Shown here: one piece after another, positions 47,310-59,803 of the stretch
Layout of the letters: each line of letters opens with the position of its first letter
Numbering within the stretch: position 1 is the first letter of the stretch
Program-made: the position numbers and the translations under genes
Assembly (NCBI RefSeq): GCF_009914755.1
Contig: NC_060934.1
DNA length: 64,000 bases
Direction: 5' to 3' (one strand)
From: the human T2T-CHM13v2.0 reference genome, Homo sapiens
The notes under the pieces: model-generated
The model's database searches: none
Seen by the model: the letters and a program-made list of their open reading frames with translations, nothing else
What the model was told of the DNA's origin: nothing

Positions 47310-48451
47310 ATTTCACTTTCAAAAATTCAACAGTCTGCATAGGTTACTTAATTCTACCCATTTAGCCTATCTTATAAATATTTATCTTATCACTATGTAA
47401 TTTTCCTCATGTAGGTCATCTACTCATACTCCAAATGTATTTATCCAGATCTTTCTTCCAAGCCCCTTGGGTGCCCCAAATCTTATAGGTCTCAAACTGA
47501 AAGCATCATTTTTATTCTGTTCCTGTTTTCTGACTCTTCGTAATCTACTCTGTCATCTGGTTTCCCCATCCTAGGAAATAACACCTAGGAAGTAGCGGTG
47601 AAACACTCAAGCACTTAAACCTGCACTTCAACCCTCCCCCACATCCTAAACTTCAACCCTTTTCCATGTCACCCATCCAGTCACACACCTAATTTTGTAT
47701 TTTCTACCTTCTTATAATTTTCCATATCTTATTACCATAATTAACTCTCTACCTATAATTTTGAAGTACTCCTTTCTAGTTTTGCCCCATCTCCCCATGT
47801 TCATCTATCTTTACATCGCTGGAAGGGTCACCTTTCTAAAATGTATTTGTAATGATGTAACTCATCTGCATATTGAGTGAATACCCATTACACGAAGGGG
47901 TAAGTTCACATTCTAGCGTGACACATATCTTATATGGTTTGGCCCCATTTTATCTCTTCATCTCTTTCCTCTGTGTTCCAGTTTTACGACATCACCTTGG
48001 CACCCCTCAATTGCCATGTTGTTTCATGCCTTATTATTTTACACATGCTATTGCACCTAGAGTCTTTGTATCCTGACTCTGCACTTTGTCTGTCCTTCCC
48101 AATATGGCCCCATTATGGCAGCATTTTCTATGCTTTTCAGATAAAACTGATTGTTCTCTCCTTTGTGCCCTTATGTATTATATTGACTTAAATTGTAGAA
48201 CTGGTGAATTATACTTTTCTGTTCTTATTTGTTTTCACGTCTCTAACATTTCTTGAATATAGGCCAGAATCTATCTTCTGTGTATATTTCCTGCTTCTCC
48301 CAGGATAGTGCCTGTGATTCGATAGATACAATGTATGGGTTTTTTTGTTTGTGTTTTGTTTTGTCTTACTGACAAATTGAGTGAATGAGTGAATAAATAA
48401 AGTTTTTTCTGAAGTTGTTTTTTGGTGCTTTTTGGTTTTTGTTTGTAATAG

Positions 48452-48530
48452 AAGGAAGCAACAAAGACAGCAACTGAACAACAAGAAAATGATATTGGAA
48501 TTATTGAATGAGCGCCATAAGATCTAACAA
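48452..48530 (+). pseudogene. ANKRD20A-type 79-nt exon with two stops
   Basis: gtaatag|KEATKTATEQQENDIGIIE*AP*DLT|gtaatg. TGA at 48509, TAA at 48518. Confidence 0.82.
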
Positions 48531-48840
48531 GTAATGACAATTTTATTTTTTTATACCAAAATAATAGAAGTGGTAAGTTAGTATCTCTGAAAATTTTTCT
48601 ATGCTTAAATGCTATTATTTAGAAAACAATTTTATAGACTGAAATACAATGTCTACCTTAAAAAATACTTTTTGCTATCTTTCATCATACTATCAATTTT
48701 CTGAACCTGCTTTGATTCTGAAATTCTATATTTGCTATTACTTTTTGAAATATTCATAAATGGAAATAGATTTGTGTATGTTTTTATAATTTACAGTAAT
48801 AAATGTTCTCATATGTGTGTCTGTGAATACCATTTTGTAG

Positions 48841-48902
48841 ATAAGATGCCCACATCAGAGTCAGGACAAAAAGAAGATACGAAATCACCTTCAGTTTCTG
48901 AG
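48841..48902 (+). pseudogene. ANKRD20A-type 62-nt exon
   Basis: ttttgtag|(N)KMPTSESGQKEDTKSPSVSE|gtaccg. Confidence 0.85.
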
Positions 48903-51184
48903 GTACCGTGTATTGTTGTTATTTTAAAACTTAAGTAATGAGTAATCTTAAAACATAAAAAGATGACTTTGTCTCACGTCTGCATGTGTCCATAAGCCAT
49001 AAGAAATTTTCTGACATTTATCAGAACATACTTTATAATCATATGCCAAGTAGATAACAGCTGCATAGTGCAATTCTGCTAATTTGCAGGATTAATTTAC
49101 AAAGCCAGTGTAGAATAGAGCAAAAGAAAATAAGGCATAGAAGAAACCAGGAATCTGAGTTCTGAAGATAAGTTTGTCTAAAAACAAAATAATTTCTCTG
49201 CATTCATTTATGGGCAAATACATGATTCTGTGTATATCTAGATGTATGAAAGCTTTACTTGGATTCAGGGAGAAAGAGTTTAAACTGTAGTCTTAGTGTT
49301 GCTCAACTTGGAACTTGAAAAGATAATGCCTGGGACTTGAAAGTATTAGTATATTTCGATTATCCAGTATAGATCTGAAGGAACATTTCAGGAGTTGGAT
49401 AAACATGAGAAATAGGACACCTGTAAAACTATAACACAACAATTTGGTTGAGTAGTATTTTAATAAGTAGACATTCTTTTCACAAATAGAACTCTTTGAG
49501 TCCCTTTGTGGCAGCCATGTTTGCAACCACATAGGTATCAGATAATAATGATGTATTCCAAGGTCACAGCTATGGATGTGGAAGAGATAGGAAAGGCCTC
49601 ACCACTTAAGATAGAAGCAGCAGCTGCATAGTGGTAACAGCAATGAGTGGATGTCAAAAGGTAAGTCTGTATTTTGATTCTGTCACTTACTAGCTATGGG
49701 AACTTGGAAAAAATCATTTAACCTAATCAAATACTAGTAACCTTGTATATAAAAATAGTGCTCATATCTACCTCTTAGGTACGTGAGATGAAATAATGTT
49801 GTAACAAATGTGAAAACATTTTGTAAACTGGGAAGTCTGTATCCAAATGTAAGACAAAACGATCAAAGTGGCATTTATGTGAAAGCAGAATTGTTAGCAC
49901 AAGAATAGGGAGTAAGAACAGGCATGTGGATTTCTAATTTTGGGTAAGAGGATGGTAACTTTCAGCAGGCTACCACTGCAGATTTTCCATAGAAATATAG
50001 CAGTTTGGAAAATTAGACTTTCCTGTTGAGATTTTCAATGTTTTGACCTGGAGTAATTTCTTTCTAAGTACCAACTGTGTGCTAGGCAGTGAGTCTCTGA
50101 ATATCCAAGATGAGGGATTATGCTGCAGTAGTAGGAAGATAATAACAAATGAAAAACACTTATAAATCACTGTAACTTTTTCTTAAAAACAAAACAGAGA
50201 ATGTTTGGTTAGAGAAAATTGAAGAACTTTATAATTAGCATGGGTATGGGAGTGGCAGTGGAATTCTATGGTCAGAGTAGATCTTTCTGCGACTGCCATT
50301 CAATCTCCTGTCTCAAAGATGAGGAGTAAGCCATATGAAAGTCTAGGAGGAAGACATTCTGAACAGAGAACAGTGGACCATATTTGTTCATCATTTTGTT
50401 CTTAACAACCTAGAATGACTAGGAAGCAGAAAGTGGGGTAACCACCAACATCATCATCATCCTCATTATTCTAAGGTGAAGAAAAATCTGCAAATATGTG
50501 TCTGGCACATGTTAGATGTTTCACGAATACATGTTTTTATTTTTCTCTTTTTATGAAGGCTTGCTCTACTTTTCTGAAGTTATGTCTTAAGAATCAATTG
50601 CATACTTTATCTAATGATTGTTTTCATTTAAAAATAACAAATATATATTTTCCTTATGAATCTTTCATTTTATTCAAGCAGTTATCAGCAAAAACTTATC
50701 AAAATTATTCTTAAGCCTTTGTTTTCCTAAATGAAACAGATTTAGAGTTCTTTTCCTACTCCGCATGACATACTCTGAAAATTCTCGTGCCATGCATAGT
50801 TTTTAACAAAAATTCTGTAATTATGCATATGTCAAATGTTTAATCATATTGTATTTTGTTTGCAATGCCCTATTATTTTTGGTGAGGACTACAGTGTAAG
50901 GCAGATACTTTGAAGTTAATTCCTTTTGAAATATACACACGTGAATTTTTTTGTGAATATGATTTATTTTTCATGCTCAGTAACCCAGTCAATAGCCACA
51001 TGAAGATAAAAGATAAGCGTGTTCTACAGAGCATATGCAAGGTTTTCTCTTGAAATGTCTTGGTTTTCAATATGTGAACAGCCTGAAATCTAATTGCCTT
51101 TAAAGTAAGGAAATGTGTTTTAAAAAAGATTTGAAATAAAAAATATTGATGCTTGTCATTATTTTTAAATCAAAATTATTTATT

Positions 51185-51338
51185 GAGGCAGAATGTGGTG
51201 GCTTATGCCTGTAATCCCAGTATTTTGGGAGGGAAAGGTGGGTGGATCACTTCAGGTCAGGAGTTTGAGACCCACCTGGCCAACATGGTGAAACCCTGTC
51301 TCTATTAAAAATACAAAAAAATTAGCCAGGTGTGGTAG
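51185..51338 (+). mobile_element. Alu left arm, cut at the start of the right arm
   Basis: Ends ..ttagccaggtgtggtagg. Confidence 0.88.
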
Positions 51339-51447
51339 GCAATCAATATATATTTGTTCAGTGTATGAATTAGTGATTGTTAAAATATGCTGTCCTTTAT
51401 ATCCCAAAGTACTAATATATTTTATTTCTATCTCCTCCTCAAGACAG

Positions 51448-51658
51448 ATTCAACTAGCCTATCAATATTCTTGGGTGCAGTTCCTTCTCATGAAAGAGCA
51501 AGGGAACTTAAAAAATATCACTGTGAACAACTTACAGCAAAAATAAAACAAATGAAAAATAAGTTTTGGGTACTACAAAAGGAACTATCAGAAGCAAAAA
51601 TAAAATTGCAGTAAGTGAATCAAAAGGTTAAATGGGAACAAGAGCTCTGCAGTGTGAG
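51448..51658 (+). pseudogene. ANKRD30 coiled-coil exon
   Basis: gacag|DSTSLSIFLGAVPSHERARELKKYHCEQLTAKIKQMKNKFWVLQKELSEAKIKLQ*VNQKVKWEQELCSV|gtatga. TAA at 51612. Confidence 0.9.
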
Positions 51659-52420
51659 GTATGACATCCTAGTTTTAAATAAATATTTCAACTATTTATA
51701 CTAAAATTATGTAGGATACTTTTTGTAATAGCTGACTTACCTTCTGAGGTTTAACTGCAGAAAAAAACCTGTCTTGTAGAGTGTCAAATTCCTTTAAATA
51801 ATACAAGTTCTTAACTTTGAATACTTCTACTGATAATTAAATGCATATTTATTTAAATCACAATTTTAATGACTATATAGAAGGCCATTATTTGGAAATC
51901 CCATTATTTACTTAACAAATTAATTTTTTTGATTTTTAATTTTTTGTATTATAAGTGCTGCAAGGCATAACTGCAAGTAAATATTTTTCTACCTTTCTAA
52001 TTATTGATTTGGAATAAATTCTTCAATATAAAAATATTTGGTCAAATTATAGGAAGTTTTAAAAAGTTCTTTGTTCATTACTTCCAAATTGTTCTCAAGA
52101 AAATTTATATTCATTTACAGCTCAACAAAGAGAGTGTGAAACGGCCATTCCTCTCCCCCCAAGAATCAATTTCCTTTAATTGTACACTTTTAATCTTAAT
52201 GTGTATGGAATATAAGGAAAATACTTGTTTATATTTTTAATCTTTTCCTTTCAGAACTGTGATAACTAAAAGTGCTTGTTACAATGTCTCAACTTATAAT
52301 TTATAAATATAATTCTTAAAATTATATTTTTAAAAATAGAATATCTATAGAATATTCTCAGGAAAAAGGAAATGAAAGGGCTTTGGGAAATTTTATCTGT
52401 CTAAATATAAGCAGCACTAA

Positions 52421-53289
52421 TATTGGGGGAACTGGCCAGCAGCCCGCAATGCAACAGGGCTCCTTCTTTGTTCCCAGGCGGATTGGCAGGTTGAGAAATA
52501 AAAGACACACACAAGATAGTGAAAGCTGTGTCCAGGGGGGTCACCACCTTCTGGTCCTGTGATGCCGCCAATGCACTGGATATACCAGCATTTATTATTA
52601 AGTTTAGTGAGGGTGGGGATAGGTTAGTGAGGGATTTATGGTCATTTGATTATGAGGTGAGATGGTCACGAGGGTGAAGTAATTTAACATAACATCAGTA
52701 TGCAGAAGTACAGTATACAGAGATAAGAATTTACAATATAGTGTGTGCATCAGCAATTTCTAACAGAGCCTTAAAACAGAAACACAGTCTTTCCATAACC
52801 TATGATTAGCAAGATATTAATCAGCAGTAACAGTTGCAGCAAAAGCTGGTTGCAAACAATCCATAGAAACAGGACGTGAAGCTAGACAACTGGTTAGACC
52901 ACAAATTCTCAGAAGGGAGTATGCTTTAACCCTAAAGAGGCCTAGAAGAGCCGAGGCAAGATAAGGGCATTTATAGCCCCATCTTATCCATATAAACAGG
53001 CGCCCCTCATGCGTTCGCTTATAGGCTCTCCACAAGAGTCACATTCCATTCCCAGAGCTATGAACATCTGCTTTTCTGGGATAGGAATCATGGTGATGTG
53101 AAACCTCCCTGACTGCATATCCGTTCATAGGCTCTCTGCAGGGGGAAGCGTATCACGCACTGTTGGCTTATTCTGGCAGTCCAACCTGGCATTGTCTTTA
53201 CACAATCCTGCATGCAATTTTGTATTTACAATAATCAGGAGTATTTCACCTTTTATTCCAAAGCAATAGTTTCAAGGGGTCTCCCTACA
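52421..53289 (-). mobile_element. Solo ERVK LTR (MER11D/HML-7-like) with 6-bp TSD CACTAA
   Basis: Minus strand starts TGTAGGGAGACCCC..GAAACTATTGC; CACTAA at 52415-52420 and 53290-53295; 869 bp. Confidence 0.85.
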
Positions 53290-53669
53290 CACTAAGGCTT
53301 CTAGTATGGGGTCTTGTATAGGTTAGACATCAGGGTGTAAATCAAATTTTTGTATGTAGTCAAAGTGATTAATCTTTTATTTTATGCTTTTGCATGTGTT
53401 GTAATCCAGGGAAAGTTTGTTTCAATTCTGAAGCTCTTAAAAATTCTCTAGTCATTTCTTTTTTACTTTCATGAATTCATTGTGTTCAAATAAATGTTTG
53501 AACTTTGGGGAATTTATGCTCTATAGCATTTGAAGTTTTGATTCAATGGTTCTTCAACTGATACCTACTTACAGAAACCCTTTCAGTGGATAAATGTAAA
53601 AATTATTCTTTAAGAGGAACCATGATATCCCATTTTATTGAGTGCTAGCTAAAAATTTATTTTATTTAG

Positions 53670-54565
53670 GTTTCTCATGCTTATGAAAATGAAAATGATC
53701 TCTTACATGAAAATGGCATGTTGAAAAAGGAAATTGCCATGCTAAAACTGCAAATTGGACATACTAAAACATCAGCACCAGGAGAAGGAAAATAAATACT
53801 TTGAGGACATTAAGATTTTAAGAGAAAAGAATGCTGAACTTCAAATGACCCTAAAACTGAAAGAGAAAACATTAACAAAAAGGGCACCTCAGTATAGTGG
53901 GCAGCTTAAAGTTCTGATAGCTAAGAACACAATGCTCACTTCTAAATTGAAGGAAAAACAAGACAAAGAAATACTGGAGAAAGAAATTGAATCATACCAT
54001 TCTAGACTGGCTTCTGCTATACAAGACCAAGATAAAGTGTGACATCAAGAAAAAACCAAGAACTTGCTTTCCACAGTGCTCATTTGCAAGGAAAAATGAA
54101 TGTTGATGTGAATAATATATAACAATGAGAAGCTTCATCAACCACTTTCTGAAGCTCAAAGGGAATCCAAAAGTCTAAAAATTAATTTCAATTATGCAGG
54201 AGACGCTCAAAGAGAAAATACATAGGTTTTAGAACATGCACAAAGAGACCTAAGTGAAACATAGTGTCAAATGAAGAAAGCTGAACACATGTATCAAAAC
54301 AAACAAGATAATGTGACCAAGCACACTGAACAGCAGGAGTCTGGAGCAGAAATTATTTCAACTACAAAGCAAAAACATGTGGCTTCCACAGCAATTAGTT
54401 CAGGTGCATAAGAAAGCTGATAACAAAAGCAAGATAATAATATTCAGTTTTGAGAGGAAAACGCAACATCACCTCCTGAAAGAGAAAAATGAGGAGATAT
54501 TTAATAACTGTAACCATTTAAAATAATGTTTATACCAATATGAAAAACAGAAAGCTGAAAGAGAA
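53670..54565 (+). pseudogene. ANKRD30 long coiled-coil exon (ANKRD26/CCDC144-family domain), frameshifted
   Basis: tttag|VSHAYENENDLLHENGMLKKEIAMLKL/..LKHQHQEKENKYFEDIKILREKNAELQMTLKLKEK..LLKEKNEEIFN..QYEKQKAERE|gtatca. Several indels and stops. Confidence 0.92.
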
Positions 54566-54842
54566 GTATCAAAAAAAATAAATATTTTTCAACCTTCCTG
54601 AAAGAAAATTTAAAGTCATATTTGGCCTTAGATAAAGGCTGAATCTAGTTTAATATAGATAATAAATATATTTACCATGTCAGCTTAGAAACATGGCTTA
54701 TTTCCACCAAATGCAAGTTAAAGCTGAGAGATGTTTTACTTTAAGACATTGTGTCACTTATGAAATTTTAAGAATTTAAGTTAAAGGTTTTTAATAGATT
54801 AACATTAATGACATTGGCTTATACTGCTGAAATAAAGGTTTT

Positions 54843-55153
<311 letters not shown>

Positions 55154-56258
55154 AATAAAGGTTTTAATATCTCTTTGTGGCCACATTTTATGACCACGAT
55201 GAAACAGATAAATGGGAATGCCCATATCAGCAATGAGTATTTTGAAATTGATTCAACAATTTACTTTGACAGTTAATTCTAAATTTTCCAGAGGAACTGA
55301 AGTGTATTTGAAGTATATTTTGAAGTGTACATTTCTGCATCTTGTAATACTACTTTTTCAGTAACTTTTTGTATATTTTAGTTGGTAGAATTTTATTTTC
55401 ATTTATGTCAATTTGACTTAAATCTGAACATATCTGAATCTCAAATTATGTATTGTTATGACAACTTAATTTTTTAAAGCCATCTGTGTTTTATTAAATA
55501 ATAGCTTAGGACAAATGTAGTGGATTTTAGCAATATCAAATTTGATTTAATCATCCCACTGGTATTTATAATTTACTTTGAATATTGTTACAAATAATTT
55601 GCTCATAATTTCTATTTCAAGGCTCAAAGACTGTCATGTGGATAGAACTTTGTCCCAGAGAAAGATCATTGTAGCTATCTGTGATTTATTAGCTTTGCAT
55701 TGGATCCCCATTTTTCAATTCATGGGGGGTGGCAGGGTTCATGTATAGTACAAAAAAAGTGAGTAGAGGAGAGAAACTTAGCAGCTGCGGTCAGGAGGGA
55801 TGTGGAGACCAGGTTACCTAGGGCCTCTAAAGCCTTTGAAACAAAAATACTTTTATTCTGAGATAGAAACCTGTTGGAAAAATTTCACCAGGTGATTGAG
55901 TATGTGAGGAACTTTGATGTTGATTTGTGCTTCAATAAAAAAGAAGGAAAGCATTCCACAGCATAGAATTTACCACCACTAGTCCTGCCCACATATTTTC
56001 TTGAGACTTCAGTAAGTTGTGAAGCATTACAGATTCATTAGGGGACAAATGACTAGTGGGATGAATCTGGTGTCTAGTAAGAGAGTACCAGTTTGGCAGG
56101 AAGATAATACCTTCTTGTGTCCTTAAGTGGATTCAGTAATAAGCAGGAATGTGTACACATAAAGAAAATAAGCTGAACCAATATATTTGGTGATATTTTT
56201 GAAAGTAAATATTGTTAATTTGATAAGGTGATTTACAAATCAATAACAAACATGTCAG

Positions 56259-56408
56259 GTCACTGTGAGACAACTTCAAAAAAAATTGGCTGATCTCAAT
56301 AAACAATGTGTGTCTGAGGCTTCACTAGAAGCTGCATCACATTACCACATTAATCTCAAAGTTGAGGTACAGGATTTAATGAAAAAATGATTTCGAATTG
56401 AAAGTCAA
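56259..56408 (+). pseudogene. ANKRD30B/ANKRD26-type 150-nt exon
   Basis: tgtcag|VTVRQLQKKLADLNKQCVSEASLEAASHYHINLKVEVQDLMKK*FRIESQ|gtatgt. Confidence 0.87.
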
Positions 56409-56780
56409 GTATGTATTAAAAGTAACATGCCAACAGTGAATCTATAGCTGGTGAAATTATATAAATTGTTTTATGATACTAATCTCCATGGGGAGACTTC
56501 TTTTATATGTTCATTATAATTAGTTGTATTACAATTTTATTATCATTATAATGTGCTTATTTTTAAAACTGTGGCTATAATTCTGCAATGTTTTTCTTAT
56601 GATTAAAAATTTTCTCATAATATCTGCCCTCAAGAAGGTTAAAAATTATACATCATTTATCCCACAAGTTGAGAGACTATTCTTCGGATAAACAGTATTT
56701 TTCAGTGATTTATGTTGCCATGGTGAGGCAAGCGGTATTTAATCAGAGAAGAATGTTTAATGGAATATTCCAGAAAATTA

Positions 56781-57221
56781 TCTGTCTGAGAGGCTGCCTT
56801 AAATACTTCCTAAAATGCTTGCTGAAAAGTCCGGCAAGATGAATATGACTTGGAGGCTGGGTGGCAGGCCGGTTTTTTGGAGGCCGGCCTAGAGCCTGCC
56901 TGCATGGGAGTCTGGTCGAATGACAAGTCTTCTGGCAGGGGGAGAGGCTTGCTGGAACGCTGATCGAAATGCTGGCTGCATGGAAGGCCGGTCTTCAGGC
57001 TGGCTGGCTGGCTAGGAGGCTGACATAGAGGCTTGCTGGGAGATTTGCCAAGAACCCGGGTGAGAGGCGGCCGACTAGGAGGCTGGCGGAGAGTCCGTGT
57101 GAGAGGCTACCTCAAATTCTTGCTAATTTTGCTTGCTGAGGGCCTGGTAGGCTGAGTCCGGCTAAGAGCCTGGTTGTACCAGGCTCGCTTGTTAGGAGGC
57201 TGGCTACAAGATCCCGTGAAA
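56781..57221. repeat. Degenerate GAGGCTGGC-based satellite, left block
   Basis: Recurring gaggctggc/gcttgctg motifs; higher-order unit starts at 56788 and 57101. Confidence 0.8.
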
Positions 57222-57423
57222 GCCTCACGGCTCTACTCAACAAATTTCTCTAGAAAGAGGCCGGAGTGTACAAGGGCTTCACTAGACCACACTTTTTACT
57301 GATGTTGGGCCGGATGTGGTGGCGATTAAGGGCAAGGGCGAGCGGCGGGGGCTGGGGCTGGGGCTGGGGCTGGGGAAGGGCGAGTGAGAGGAGCGGCCTC
57401 TCTCTTAAAAGGTGGCTGCAGCC
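57222..57423 (+). promoter_or_regulatory. GC/CpG-rich ANKRD30-type promoter/5'UTR remnant with (GGGGCT)n G-quadruplex motif
   Basis: GC-rich segment directly 5' of the exon-1 ATG; five G-runs of 4 or more at 57347-57375. Confidence 0.55.
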
Positions 57424-57642
57424 ATGCAGAGGCTTTCTGCCACTGCTGTCAAGGGCGTGACAAGCCTGGAGTGCCAGAGAGCCTTCACTCAGCTGGTCTA
57501 CCACCAAAGACTCTTAAGTCATCCACTATAGGGATATCAGAAAGATGCACAGAGCTGCCTCCCGGGGCCACGCCTGGAAGCTTGCAGGGGATGATGTGAA
57601 GACGAGGACCATCGACCTGAACATAAAAGATGCGAAGAAGAG
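57424..57642 (+). pseudogene. Displaced ANKRD30-family first coding exon (ANKRD30BL/30A-like)
   Basis: gcagccATG then MQRLSATAVKGVTSLECQRAFTQLVY/..DS*VIHYRDIRKMHRAASRGHAWKL..TIDLNIKDAKK(R). Frameshift near 57500; donor reads ag|gcgccg. Confidence 0.88.
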
Positions 57643-57936
57643 GCGCCGTGCCCTGCCTGAGCTGGGGCTGCAGGAGGAGGTGACAGCTGTGGGAGGATCG
57701 CCCCTTCAGCGTGGGGTGTGGTGGGTGCCCCCGGGACAAAGGCAGCAGGTGGAAGAGTGGGTCGGCAGCGGGGCAGAAATCTTGGGCCCCGGTGTCTGGG
57801 CCTTCTTCCTGGGCAGGCCCCCAGTCCTGGGATGGGGGCGCCCTGCAGGGCACAGGGACAAGGCCTGCAGGGCAGAGGGACAAGGCCACCTTAAAATCAA
57901 CCTCAAACTTTGGCTGCCTTCTCCTTCACTCCCACT

Positions 57937-58851
57937 GAGGCTGTTGGAAACGCTGGCTGCAAGGGAGGCTGGTTTTGAGGCTGGCTAGTCAGGAGGCCGC
58001 CTAAGAGGCTCTCTAAGAGGCGTACTGGGAGGCTGGCCACGCCATTGGTGGCATGGGAGGCTGATTCTGAAGCTGGTTGGCTAAGCGGCTGGCTAACAGA
58101 CTTACCTAGAGGCTGGCTGGAAGGCTGGCCAAGGCGCGGGCTGCATGGGAGGCTGGTGTACTGAAGGACTCTCTTGAAAAGTAGCATAGAGGCTTGCTGA
58201 GAGGCTGGCTCACTGGGAGGCTGGCCTAGAGCCTGTGGGAGAGGCTTTCTGTCTGAGAGGCTGCCATAAACGCTTGCTAAAAGGCCTGCTGAGATCCTGG
58301 CAGGCTGAATCTGGCTAAGAGTCTGAATGCAAGTCTGGCTTGTTAGGAGGCTGGCCTAGAAGCTGGCTGCATGGGAGGCTAACCAAGAGGCTGGCGAGGA
58401 AACTGGCAGAGTGGCAGATTGTCTGGCTGTGCAAGAGGCTTGCTGGATGGCTGTTAAAAACGCTGGCTGCATGGGAGGTTGGTCTGGAAGCTGATTGTCT
58501 GGGAGATTCGCTTAGAGACTTTCTGAAAGGCTGGATCGGAGGCTGGCTGTCTAGGAGGCTGGCCAAGAGCCTGCGGGAGAGGCTGTGTGAGAGGCTGCCT
58601 TAAATGCTTCCTAAAACGCTTGCTGAAGAGTCCGGCAAGATGAATGTGACTTGGAGGCCTGGTGGCAGGCCGGTTTTTTGGAGGCTGGCCTAGAGCCTGG
58701 CTGCATGGGAGGCTAATCAAATCACGAGTCTTCTGGCAGGGGAAGAGGGTTGCTGGAATGCTGTTCGGAATGCTGGCTGCATGGGAGGCCAGTCTTCAGG
58801 CTGGCTGGCTAGGAGGCTGACACAGAGGCTTGCTAGGAGGCTTGCCAAGAA
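57937..58851. repeat. Degenerate GAGGCTGGC-based satellite, right block
   Basis: Same motifs; unit starts at 58256 and 58589. 58589-58851 repeats 56788-57053 (offset 1801). Confidence 0.82.
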
Positions 58852-59462
58852 TTAGTTCAACCATCGAGGAAGGAAGTGTGTTGACTCCTCAAAGATCTAG
58901 AAGCAGAAAGACCATTGACCCAGCAATCCCATTGCTAGGTATATATCCAAAATAATATAAATCATTATATTATAAAGAGACATGCACATGTATGTTCACT
59001 GCAGCACTATTCACAACAGCAAAGACATGAAATCTACCAAAATGCCCATCAATGTTAGACTGGATAAAGAAAATTTGGTACATGTGCACGATGGACTATC
59101 ATGCAGGCCTAAAAAGAAACAAGATCATGTCCTCTGCAAAGACATGGATGGAGCTGGAAGCCATGATCCTCAGAAAACTAATGCAGGAACAGAAAATCAA
59201 ACAACACGTATTCTCACTTATAAGTGGGAGCTGAATGATGAGAACACACAGATCCATGAGGGGTAACAACACACAATGGGACCTGTTGTGGGGGCAGGAG
59301 GAGGGAGAGCATCAGGAAGAATAGCTAATCAATACTGGGCGTAATATCTGAGTGATGGGTTGATCTGTGCAGCAAACCACTATGACACACGTTTACCTAT
59401 GTAATGAACCTGCACATCCTGTACATGGACCCCAGAACTTAAAAGCTGAAGAAAAAAAAAAT
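58852..59462 (+). mobile_element. 5'-truncated L1PA 3' end
   Basis: gacccagcaatcccattgctaggtatata..WIKKIWY..gacatggatggagctggaagcc..acctgcacatcctgtacatg..A tail. Confidence 0.9.
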
Positions 59463-59803
59463 AAAGAAACTTTAGTGCTGTCCAGGGATGCACACTGAAC
59501 AGAAAAAATGGCCTTGTGATTTGCTTTATAATATTCCTGTAAAGATAGATGAACAGATAGATGAACAAAATGTAGGACAATCTTGATCACAGAAATTGAA
59601 TAATGGGTATTTTAGTGTTACTTTTACTATTTTCTCTACTTTTGAATAGGTATACAAATTGTAATTAAAAGATAAAAATAAATATATTAATCCCTGCTTT
59701 GAAACCACATACAAACAGTACTCTGAAAAGATTCAAGCAATTTACATGGTACTATATGGATCTCCCTCGCACCTCTGTATGTAACATTTAAATATTTTGC
59801 AAC

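Noticed and set aside
49563-49660. Possible cryptic exon with strong AAG|gtaagt donor
   Set aside because: Weak acceptor, no family homology, and it overlaps MIR-like sequence; needs RNA evidence.
57545-57988. 147-aa ORF MHRAASRGHAWK..
   Set aside because: Only the first ~33 aa are ANKRD30 exon 1; the rest is read-through of GC-rich intron and satellite.
57903-58720. Q/P/S-rich - strand ORFs
   Set aside because: Short, in changing frames and explained by the GCCAGCCTC repeat; no recognisable protein.
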